Source: Spirochaetia bacterium (lineage in GTDB: Bacteria; Spirochaetota; Spirochaetia; SP-2023). From it: a stretch of DNA of 64,000 bases. Location: positions 1,632,001-1,696,000 of the forward strand of contig CBDDCK010000005.1 of assembly GCA_965225855.1 (NCBI GenBank). Direction: 5' to 3'. This document shows positions 48,040 to 56,472 of the stretch, in pieces. The translations under genes were made by a program, and so were the position numbers. Each line of letters opens with the position of its first letter. Positions within the stretch are counted from its first letter, which is position 1. The notes below the pieces were generated by a model. That model saw only the letters and a program-made list of their open reading frames with translations. It was not told where the DNA came from and ran no database searches.

Positions 48040-48945
48040 CTAAAGCAAATTGTCCAAATCTTGCTGTATTTGTTGGGCTTGTGCTTTTGGGGCACTGGCT
48101 TTTGGGGCACTGGCTTTTGGCGTTAGTGGTAAGGGCACAATGCAGTTAGAAGGGCACTTTTTGATGATCTCGGCTAAGGCGGCTGCATCTGGTGGACTAG
48201 CTTGTTGCTTGAGTTTTTGGTAGTCCACACTAGCTAGATTATGCTTGACTTTAAACTGCAGCTTAGGATACCTTTGTTCGCAAATCCGGCAGCCAATACA
48301 GCCTACTTTACAGTTGCTGCGGGTTACCTTACCGTGGTCTAGCGCATTGCAAATAACCGTATACTCGGCCTCTTTAGGTATCATCTGGATTACATTGGTC
48401 GGGCAAACCGGTATACACTTGCGACAACCAATGCACAAATCCCGCTCCACCACGGCCAATGAATCTTTGCTAATGGTAATGGCATCGGTAGGGCATTGCT
48501 TAATACAAGAACCTAAACCGATACAACCATACTCACAGCTTTTGCTGCCCTTAAACAGCATGGCAGCGGCTTGGCAATCCTCCAATCCATGATAGATAAA
48601 ATCGTGCTTGGCATAGTCTGGGCTTCCTTGGCATTTGACAAAAGCCACTTCAGCTGGCACCTCACCGGCTGTCTGCCCCAATATCTGGCCCAACGCCATA
48701 GCGGTAGAATTGCCCCCCGGCGGGCACAAGGTCAGGTCGCAAGTTTGGCCTTTATTCAAAGCTACGGCATAGCCCTCACAGCCGGCATAGCCACAAGCTC
48801 CGCAGTTTATTCCGGGCATAGCATCTAGTAATGCTTGCTCTTGCTCATCTTTGGCTACATGTAGTTTGCGTGCACTGTAGGCCAGCAGTAGGCCCACAGC
48901 AACAGCCAAAACAGTTGCCAACAATAAAGCAGTCAGTAATAGCAT
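48040..48945 (-). CDS. rnfB: Rnf complex ferredoxin subunit B
   Basis: MPGINCGACGYAGCEGYA, CPPGG, CEYGCIGLGSCIKQCP, CIGCRKCIPVCP. Confidence 0.93.
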   Translation of the reverse strand: MLLLTALLLATVLAVAVGLLLAYSARKLHVAKDEQEQALLDAMPGINCGACGYAGCEGYAVALNKGQTCDLTLCPPGGNSTAMALGQILGQTAGEVPAEVAFVKCQGSPDYAKHDFIYHGLEDCQAAAMLFKGSKSCEYGCIGLGSCIKQCPTDAITISKDSLAVVERDLCIGCRKCIPVCPTNVIQMIPKEAEYTVICNALDHGKVTRSNCKVGCIGCRICEQRYPKLQFKVKHNLASVDYQKLKQQASPPDAAALAEIIKKCPSNCIVPLPLTPKASAPKASAPKAQAQQIQQDLDNLL

Positions 48946-48993
48946 AAAAGTAACAAGGCGTTGAAGGTCTGTTGAAGGTCTAAGTCCAAACCG

Positions 48994-50619
48994 TTAGTTT
49001 GTCTGCGTATCTTGGTGCGTATCTTCGAGCAATGGCCTTAGGGTCTCTAGCGCATTGCGTTCAATAGCCAAGCCTTGCATAAAACGCTCAAAATACTGAC
49101 TAAAACCTAGTATGTCCGTTTCATCAGGTGCAATAGCTGCGTCTGTGAGATGGACAAAGAAACGATTTAGGTATTCTTGTAGCCCGATTGGCTTGCTGTG
49201 ATTGAGGCCTTGCTGTTTGATATAATCTGTGTAAGCAGCTAGCAATGCAATACCCCATGCCCCCCCTTCTCCTGCGCTTTGCAATACCGTTACGGGGATA
49301 TTGGTGGCAGCAGCCATAAGCTTTTGGCCTACGTGCGCGCTCTTAAAAAAACCGCCATGGCCTCGCAACTCTTCTATTTGTACGCCCTCTTCGCAGCGCA
49401 AAATATCTAAGCCCACCCGCAAGGCACAGAGCGAACTATAGAGCTGACTGCGCATGAAATTAGCCAAGTTTAGGAGGCTATCGGGTTCTCGGATAAACAG
49501 GGGCAGGCCTTCTAGCAACTCCACTAAGTCTTCGCCGGCAACATAGCCATAGTGCAGTAGACCCCCACAATCTGTTTGGCCTTCTAGTGCAATGCTATAG
49601 AGTTTGTCAAACGCTTCATTCATATCCAGCTTAGCCCCTAGCAATTGAGCTGCTTGGGCAAACAAGCCAATCCAAGCATCTATATCGCTACAGCCATTGT
49701 TGCAATGGACCATAGCTACTAGGCTGCCATCGGGTGTAGTAACTAGGTCAATCTCGCGGTGCATTTGGGATAAAGGTTTCTCCAGTACCAACATAGCAAA
49801 TACCGATGTGCCCATAGAGACATTGCCACTACGTGGTGCCACCGCATTGGTTGCCACCATACCTGTACCCGCATCACCTTCTGGTGGGCAGCAAGTTAGG
49901 CCGATTTCTAAATCCCCTTCTGGGTCCAGCAAGATAGCACCGTCCACATTAAGAGAGCCTGCTTGTTGCCCTGCACTCAATATTTTAGGTAGTAGCTCTT
50001 GCAGTTTCCATGGCTGGGTATGCAGTCTATCGAATTGGTTTAGCATCTGCTCGTCCCAATATTTGGTTGCCAAATCAATGGGGAACATACCTGAAGCATC
50101 ACCAATCCCTAGCAGTTTTTCGCCAGTTAGCAGCCAATGTACATAGCCCGAAAGCGTGGTAATATAAGCGAGCTGGCTTATATGGGGTTCATTGTCCAAA
50201 ATGGCTTGGTACAAATGGGCTATGCTCCAGCGTTGTGGGATATTATAGCCAAACAAGCCACTAAGCTTTTGGGAAGCTGCACTGGTTGTGGTGTTGCGCC
50301 AAGTGCGAAACTCGGCTAATTGGTGGCCTTGGCTATCAAAGGCTAGATAGCCATGCATCATCGCACTGATACCAATGGCCTTTACGCCTTTAAGTTTGTG
50401 TTTATACCGTTGCTCTACGTTGCTTTTGAGCTGGGCATAGGCGGCTTGTAGGCCACTATGGACTTGCTCCAAAGAGTAGCTCCAATGTCCATTTATTAGG
50501 CTGTTTTCCCAGCCATAGTTGCCTGAAGCGAGTATCTGGCCTTGTGAGTCAATCAATATTGCTTTAATGCGTGTTGAGCCAAGCTCAATGCCAAGGTAAC
50601 AATCTTTATTCATAAACAA
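48994..50619 (-). CDS. FGGY-family pentulose kinase (ribulokinase/xylulokinase-like)
   Basis: LGIELGSTRIKA, ISAMMHGY, FRTWRN, PPEGDAGTGMVATN, GHGGFFK, GEGGAWG. Confidence 0.9.
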   Translation of the reverse strand: MFMNKDCYLGIELGSTRIKAILIDSQGQILASGNYGWENSLINGHWSYSLEQVHSGLQAAYAQLKSNVEQRYKHKLKGVKAIGISAMMHGYLAFDSQGHQLAEFRTWRNTTTSAASQKLSGLFGYNIPQRWSIAHLYQAILDNEPHISQLAYITTLSGYVHWLLTGEKLLGIGDASGMFPIDLATKYWDEQMLNQFDRLHTQPWKLQELLPKILSAGQQAGSLNVDGAILLDPEGDLEIGLTCCPPEGDAGTGMVATNAVAPRSGNVSMGTSVFAMLVLEKPLSQMHREIDLVTTPDGSLVAMVHCNNGCSDIDAWIGLFAQAAQLLGAKLDMNEAFDKLYSIALEGQTDCGGLLHYGYVAGEDLVELLEGLPLFIREPDSLLNLANFMRSQLYSSLCALRVGLDILRCEEGVQIEELRGHGGFFKSAHVGQKLMAAATNIPVTVLQSAGEGGAWGIALLAAYTDYIKQQGLNHSKPIGLQEYLNRFFVHLTDAAIAPDETDILGFSQYFERFMQGLAIERNALETLRPLLEDTHQDTQTN

Positions 50620-50752
50620 ACCTTTTTATTGTTGTTCTATTAGAGACACAATCGGCATTTTATAATTGAATCTTTGCATAAAATATAAGTTCGCAACGGT
50701 AGTCTATGCCTAAGAAGCCTAAGAAATGCCTAAGGGGCTGCTTAGGGAAAAC

Positions 50753-51352
50753 TTAGCTCCGCAGGCCCAAGTTATGGAGCATACTCACATCAAAGATATA
50801 AAAGCCTAAGGCCATTATGCCTGCAGAAATAAAGGCAATGGGTGCCCCTTGCAAAAAACGGGGGACTCGTTCTAGTTGTAGGCGTTGGCGAATACTGGCC
50901 ATCAACACCAAGACTAGGGTAAAGCCGATACCTGCGGAGAACCCGGCTAAAGTGCTTTCTATTACGCTGTATTGGTTGTGCTCAATGTTCCATAAAGCTA
51001 TGCCCAGTACGGCACAATTGCTGGTAATGAGTGGAAGATAGATGCCCAACACTTGGTACAAGCTAGGGCTCAACTTGTGTATTAGCATTTCCACAAACTG
51101 GACTACAGAAGCAATGATAAAGATAAAGATTAGTAGCTTGAGAAACTCCAAACCCAAGGGGACTAAAGCAAAATAATAGAGCGAAGCACTAAGAAAGCCT
51201 GCTAAGCTTAGCACAAAGATTACGGCAGCCCCCATACCCAGTGCGGCACCTAGACCTTTAGAAACACCAAAGAATGGACACAAGCCCCAAAAACGTGTCA
51301 AGACGACATTAGAGATAAAGATATTCGCCAGTACAATCCCAAGATTATCCAT
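50753..51352 (-). CDS. rnfA: Rnf complex subunit A
   Basis: NVVLTRFWGLCPFFGVS, IASVVQFVEM, LGIYLPLITSNCAVLG. Confidence 0.93.
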   Translation of the reverse strand: MDNLGIVLANIFISNVVLTRFWGLCPFFGVSKGLGAALGMGAAVIFVLSLAGFLSASLYYFALVPLGLEFLKLLIFIFIIASVVQFVEMLIHKLSPSLYQVLGIYLPLITSNCAVLGIALWNIEHNQYSVIESTLAGFSAGIGFTLVLVLMASIRQRLQLERVPRFLQGAPIAFISAGIMALGFYIFDVSMLHNLGLRS

Positions 51353-51355
51353 TAT

Positions 51356-52063
51356 TTATCTTTTAATTAAATGTAGTTCAAAGCAGGTTCGGCCTTCGCT
51401 GTGGGCCTTTGATTCAAATTCACTTTGCGGCCGCCAACTTTGGGGTACAGAATAGCCATCATCAATATTTGCGCAATCCCAAAGAGCTGTTTGTCGTGTG
51501 ATGATTTGGCGCACCGCTTGAGCATAATCCTGCCAGTCTGTAACAAAATATAAATAACCACCTAGTTTTAAGCTCTGATGGAACAGTAACAGATTTTGCG
51601 CATTGATAATGCGGCGTTTCTGATGGCTTCTTTTTGGCCAAGGGTCGGGGAAGAATATATGCAGGCCGTCCAGATAGGAGCAAGGCAGCATATTTTCCAA
51701 TACTTCCAGAGCATCATGTTCTATGATGTGCAAATTATTGAGTGCGTGCTCTTCTGCTTTTTGCAGCAAAGCAGCCACACCGCTACGGTAAACTTCTATC
51801 CCTAGATACAGAGCTGAAGGGTTTTTTTGCACAATTTGCCAAGTAGAGGAACCTGTACCAAAACCAATTTCACAGATAAACTTTTCTTTTCCTTGGAGCA
51901 GAGGTTGCCAATATGCTGCTGCATCCATATTTTTCGTTTCTGCAAAATTTTGGTAGTGTAAGCAGTATTGGGCGGCTAGCCTTTGGTAGCAATCTTTCTG
52001 GGCGCTAGTGGGTTTCCTTGAACGGATTACAAAGCTGCGGATACTCTTTTGTGAATAGGGCAT
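51356..52063 (-). CDS. trmB: tRNA (guanine-N7)-methyltransferase
   Basis: IRSFVIR, EIGFGTG, LGIEVY, FFPDPWPKRSHQKRR, TDWQDYA. Confidence 0.95.
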   Translation of the reverse strand: MPYSQKSIRSFVIRSRKPTSAQKDCYQRLAAQYCLHYQNFAETKNMDAAAYWQPLLQGKEKFICEIGFGTGSSTWQIVQKNPSALYLGIEVYRSGVAALLQKAEEHALNNLHIIEHDALEVLENMLPCSYLDGLHIFFPDPWPKRSHQKRRIINAQNLLLFHQSLKLGGYLYFVTDWQDYAQAVRQIITRQTALWDCANIDDGYSVPQSWRPQSEFESKAHSEGRTCFELHLIKR

Positions 52064-52075
52064 ACTGGAATTTTC

Positions 52076-53563
52076 CTAAATTTTGATTCTACCATATGTA
52101 TCAAAATGAAACTTATTAGAATAGTAGCTATTGCACAGTTGGCATTGAGGAATGGTATTTTCTAGGTCTAATTTCTCGTTAGGGTTCATATGCCCTTGTT
52201 GCAAAATCACTGTAGTATCGGGGAAGTATCTATGGGGCTTGCCTTCTTCACAACCACATGTTGCACATTTCATACCATATATAATTTTCAAATCATGAAA
52301 GGATTTTGCGCTAAGCCTCCCTGCTATTTTTAACGCACTGTGCAAAAATGTAGGTTTGGGGCTTTCCATTGAAAACAAGAGATGATACCCAGAAGGAACT
52401 TTGACACCCAATGTTGGAACGGTATCATTTCTATTGAGCACATAAAATCCATCAGAAGATAAATGCCGTACTTGCTGATCTTTCCCCGCTGCACTGTTTT
52501 TAGATGATACAAAAGAAGATATGGTGTCCTTATGAACAAATTTCCGTATATGATTTCTTAGAAAGACCAACCAAAGAAATTTTGTCGTGTTTTCCTTAGG
52601 TAGAGCGATATTATATTGTGCCAAATAAGTTTCATGCTCTATTTTTAAAGTTTGTACTAATTCTAAGTATTGCCCATCAGTAATTACAAAATCATTTTTT
52701 CCGACATATTCTATCTCATTCATATTCTTTAAGCGTTGTTTGGCAATTTCAACATACTCTTTATTTTTTTCTATTCCTATACCGTTTCTGTTTGTTTGTA
52801 GGCATGAAATAATTGTAGTGCCACTTCCTAAAAATGGGTCTAGTACGGTTTGCTCTGGTTTAGAAAATATTTCTATCAATTTAGAGCATAGCTCAATAGG
52901 CTTTACGGTCAGATGACCGTTGTATTTTTCTTTTTCTGGTTTTTCAAAAGTGAATACGGTTGTCGGTTTTTTACCCCATTTATCCAATTCAACCAGACCT
53001 GTTTGATAACTAAGCCAATTATCTAAAAACGTCCCATCTTTTGGTTTTTGAGCCACGATAATACTTTCAAATTCTGGTTTTAGCTGCGGGGTTTTTCTAT
53101 TCTCTAAACTATCTAACATCTGGTTTTTTATATCATCGCTTACGTTCATTCTGTCAATAAAATGGTTAAGCCGAAACGCTTTGCACTGAGATTTTTTAGT
53201 AAATCTCCATACGTATTGGTCTCTTATTTCAAAACCCGATTGTTCTATCGCAATCGCCATTCTATGGTAAAGCCTCGGTTGACTAAACGATAAGAAAAAA
53301 GCCCCCGGTTTCAACACTCTAAAAATTTCTGCAGCAACCAAGCTGTAAAACTCTTGGAGCTTAATCCCTTGGGCAGGGTCAAACTTCATTCCAACAGGTA
53401 GGCTTTTTATGGTTTTTCCTTTGGATTTTTGTTCTTCAATATGCTCTTTATTCCAACCACTATCCAATTTATCCAAAAAATACGGAGGGTCGGTTAAAAC
53501 TAAATGTACAGAAGCGGGCTCTATTGTCTGCATAAGTTGTATACAATCACCTTCTAATATCAT
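52076..53563 (-). CDS. Amino (N4-C/N6-A) DNA methyltransferase, beta class, fused in frame to an HNH endonuclease-like domain
   Basis: TDPPY ... HLTVKP ... LDPFLGSGTT; after KQRLKN-MNEIEY come CATCG, GHMNP and NTIPQCQLCN. Confidence 0.85.
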   Translation of the reverse strand: MILEGDCIQLMQTIEPASVHLVLTDPPYFLDKLDSGWNKEHIEEQKSKGKTIKSLPVGMKFDPAQGIKLQEFYSLVAAEIFRVLKPGAFFLSFSQPRLYHRMAIAIEQSGFEIRDQYVWRFTKKSQCKAFRLNHFIDRMNVSDDIKNQMLDSLENRKTPQLKPEFESIIVAQKPKDGTFLDNWLSYQTGLVELDKWGKKPTTVFTFEKPEKEKYNGHLTVKPIELCSKLIEIFSKPEQTVLDPFLGSGTTIISCLQTNRNGIGIEKNKEYVEIAKQRLKNMNEIEYVGKNDFVITDGQYLELVQTLKIEHETYLAQYNIALPKENTTKFLWLVFLRNHIRKFVHKDTISSFVSSKNSAAGKDQQVRHLSSDGFYVLNRNDTVPTLGVKVPSGYHLLFSMESPKPTFLHSALKIAGRLSAKSFHDLKIIYGMKCATCGCEEGKPHRYFPDTTVILQQGHMNPNEKLDLENTIPQCQLCNSYYSNKFHFDTYGRIKI

Positions 53564-53577
53564 ATTAGCGCCTATTT

Positions 53578-54540
53578 TTATTGAATTGCTAATTGCCTCA
53601 ATATATGGGAGAAACTTTCTTGATTTAATGGTATTTGAAAGTGGAAGCTCGTTTTGCTACTTTCCATTTGGATATTGGGCAATTGATTGCGGATAAATTC
53701 TTGTTTAGAACGTTGGAGTAGGCTGGGTAAAAACAGGCGGAAACCAAATTCAAGGCCTTTGCTCAACAACAGCGAACCAGTCATCAATTCTATATGGAAA
53801 ACATAATTTTTCTCTTCCACTATTTCAACCCAGGCCATTAGCTCGTGAACTGGAATACTTTGGCTAATTTTTGCAAATGATTTGAGGGCAAATGAACCGC
53901 TGTCTCGAGCATTGGAAAATGCTTTTTGTAGCCAAGGGTTGACAATTAAGCGGGCAATTTGTGGGCTGTAAATAACCAAAGGATGTTTGGTTTGCAGCTC
54001 TAAAAAACGCTGGGGTGGCTGGTTGCGTTTTATATTTTTTCGCAACGATTGAGTAAATTTTTGCTGTTCTAAAACTTGCTCTTCTGCGGATAACCCTTGA
54101 CTCAAATAGAGGAGATTGGGCTGGGGCATTTGTAGGGCTTGGTAGCTATCGCTGCGCAAGTAAACATCAGGCAATCGGGGTATTGTCTGCCAATCTGCTT
54201 GTTTATCTAGCTGTCGATTTAAAATTTGGTTATCTAGTTCTAGTTGGTTGATGGCGTAAATTTGGCCTCGTGGCCCAATCGCTATTTGGCTACGCTGCAA
54301 CCGCCTTTTCATAAAATTTTCTAGTTGCTTATTTTTTAGTAATTGGGCTTGTACTTCAAGGTAGAGCGAATTCCGTTGTTTTGGTTGATGAATCGACTGG
54401 ATGCTGAAATATAATAGTTGTTCTTTGGGCAATAAGCCGCTATAATCGGCAATTTTGTTAAAGCTCAATTGTTGGCAGGATAACAGTAAAAAGAACCAGG
54501 CGATAACAATAGAGAAGGGTTTTATTTTTTGTAATAGCAT
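53578..54540 (-). CDS. Hypothetical lipoprotein
   Basis: Signal peptide FFLLLSC; long ORF within the operon. Confidence 0.65.
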   Translation of the reverse strand: MLLQKIKPFSIVIAWFFLLLSCQQLSFNKIADYSGLLPKEQLLYFSIQSIHQPKQRNSLYLEVQAQLLKNKQLENFMKRRLQRSQIAIGPRGQIYAINQLELDNQILNRQLDKQADWQTIPRLPDVYLRSDSYQALQMPQPNLLYLSQGLSAEEQVLEQQKFTQSLRKNIKRNQPPQRFLELQTKHPLVIYSPQIARLIVNPWLQKAFSNARDSGSFALKSFAKISQSIPVHELMAWVEIVEEKNYVFHIELMTGSLLLSKGLEFGFRLFLPSLLQRSKQEFIRNQLPNIQMESSKTSFHFQIPLNQESFSHILRQLAIQ

Positions 54541-54576
54541 TTTTATTCCTTTTATTGCGTTTTTAGAAATCCTTAT

Positions 54577-55083
54577 CTAACGGAACAAATTAGGACTGAG
54601 ACGGCTATCCAGCCCAAAAAGCAAAGGATTGTAGTTTAAGTAATAAGAAGCAAAAATACTGTTTTGGAAAATTGCTTTTGAGTTGGGTAGGTTTCGATTT
54701 TCCAACACCCATAAAATTACTGAACAAAGTAAAAAGCCTTCTAATAGCCCCATAACGAAAGACAGTAGGCCAGCCACTTCCTTCCCAGAATTATTGGGAA
54801 TAAAGAGACTCAATATCGTTGCTTCTAATATGGCAAAAACTAGCAGAACGCCAAGAAACAATGCACTAAAACCTGCCAAATTAATCCACGGCGGGCTGCC
54901 CAATAAACTCACCAGTTTGTCGCTTACAATTTTGTAATATAAAGAGGCTGTTAGATAGGAGGCACTGATACCTAAAAAAGAAAAAAGCGCTTTGATAGCA
55001 CCTTTATAAACACTGCGGAAACCAAAAAATACAGTAACAATAACTAACAGTAAATCTAGTATTGAAATGGAAAAATTATCCAC
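54577..55083 (-). CDS. cvpA: CvpA family (colicin V production) membrane protein
   Basis: ILDLLLVIV...GFRSVYKGAIKALFS; four TMs; GLLEG...FQNSIF. Confidence 0.75.
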   Translation of the reverse strand: MDNFSISILDLLLVIVTVFFGFRSVYKGAIKALFSFLGISASYLTASLYYKIVSDKLVSLLGSPPWINLAGFSALFLGVLLVFAILEATILSLFIPNNSGKEVAGLLSFVMGLLEGFLLCSVILWVLENRNLPNSKAIFQNSIFASYYLNYNPLLFGLDSRLSPNLFR

Positions 55084-55120
55084 GGGTACACAACCCCTCT
55101 ATACGTGTTTTCATATTTGA

Positions 55121-56422
55121 TCAATTTGGTTGCATTTGTTGCCAAATTTTTTGGGCAATATACAAAGCCGCATCGGGAATATCACCCTGATTACAGGGCA
55201 GTTTATCTTGAAGAATTAACAGGATTTGCTCAAGTAATTTTTGGCTATTTCCGCCCTTTGCTTCAGTTTGGCCAATAAAGCAGTGGGCCCAACCTTGCTG
55301 GGCAAAAAGTTGGGCATTGCGCAGCTGGTCGCCACGGCTACCGCTTTGTAAAGGCATCAGTATGGCTTGATTGCCACTGGCCAAAATTTCCCAAAGAGAA
55401 CCAGCACCTGCGCGGGAGAGCACGAACCCTTTGCTCTGGCGGCACAGCTGGTAAATCGCTCCTAAACCTTCTGATATAAATGGTAGGACGTGGTAATTTT
55501 CTAATGCTCGACTCTCATCGACAAAATTTCTTTTTAGCTCGGGATAGTCTTGTTGGCCACACTGGTGCAGAATGTAAAATTGCGTTAAAACATTTTTCTC
55601 TAGCCAATTTTGCACATAGCCATTCAATTCGCTAGCTCCCTGACTGCCACCGATTACAAGAAGTAAAGGCTTGCGCAGTTGCCCTGAACTATTGAACCAT
55701 TGTACGGGTATGAGATAGCTGGCCAATTGTTTTAAATCGAGTAGCCCGTTTGGGCTTTGCCCTGGCTCTGCTTGTTTTGATTGGGTGGAGGAAGATGCGT
55801 AAGTATAGGGGAAAAATTCTGCGCGCACTGGATTGCCGCTTATCTCTAATTTATTTTGATATTTATTTTGATAATATTTTCGGCTCTGTTTATAAGGCAG
55901 AAATAAAGTCTGGATCAATGGCAAAGCCAATCGTGTGGCCAACCCCGGGTCAAGGTCAGACTCATGGGAAAAAATGCTAATCCCCAAAATTTTGGCTGCC
56001 ACAATCCCGGGGACAGTTACAAAGCCCCCTTTGGAAAATAATAGTATGGGACGTTTGTGGCGCAAAATGCGGTAACTTTGCCAAATTCCCAAAGCTGTGC
56101 GGAACAAGTCTCCAAAGTTTTGCCAAGAAAAATATCTACGCAGCTTGCCACACGAAATTCCACAATATTGCCATTGTAAACTAGATTGGCGTAATTGGCT
56201 TGAATGTTGGGCCAAAATGTCTTTTTCAATGCCGTTTTTACTGCCGAGCCAAAGAATTTCTAATGTGGCATCAGGCTGTTTGCAAGCCATAAGTTGTTGC
56301 AGGCGTTCTAGTACAGCTAGAGCCGGGTACACATGGCCCCCAGTACCCCCGCCACTGAATGCTATACGGTAGTGGCGGGGCTTTTCATTTTTTGGGGGAA
56401 GGGTTATTTTATTTTGCAACAT
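55121..56422 (-). CDS. murG: UDP-GlcNAc:lipid I GlcNAc transferase MurG
   Basis: SGGGTGGHVYPA, CGKLRRY, SKGGFV, HESD, GNPVR, GGSQGA, SRAGA, DQLRNA. Confidence 0.95.
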   Translation of the reverse strand: MLQNKITLPPKNEKPRHYRIAFSGGGTGGHVYPALAVLERLQQLMACKQPDATLEILWLGSKNGIEKDILAQHSSQLRQSSLQWQYCGISCGKLRRYFSWQNFGDLFRTALGIWQSYRILRHKRPILLFSKGGFVTVPGIVAAKILGISIFSHESDLDPGLATRLALPLIQTLFLPYKQSRKYYQNKYQNKLEISGNPVRAEFFPYTYASSSTQSKQAEPGQSPNGLLDLKQLASYLIPVQWFNSSGQLRKPLLLVIGGSQGASELNGYVQNWLEKNVLTQFYILHQCGQQDYPELKRNFVDESRALENYHVLPFISEGLGAIYQLCRQSKGFVLSRAGAGSLWEILASGNQAILMPLQSGSRGDQLRNAQLFAQQGWAHCFIGQTEAKGGNSQKLLEQILLILQDKLPCNQGDIPDAALYIAQKIWQQMQPN

Positions 56423-56472
56423 AGGTCTACTAAAAATTTAAGGAATTGAAAATTAGGCGAATTAAACAGAAA

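Noticed and set aside
47886..48110. 74-aa ORF overlapping the rnfB end and the array
   Set aside because: Alternative-frame overlap with no RBS or recognisable motif.
48080..48125. 15-bp repeat at the rnfB 3' end (PKASA)
   Set aside because: An ordinary low-complexity C-terminal tail.
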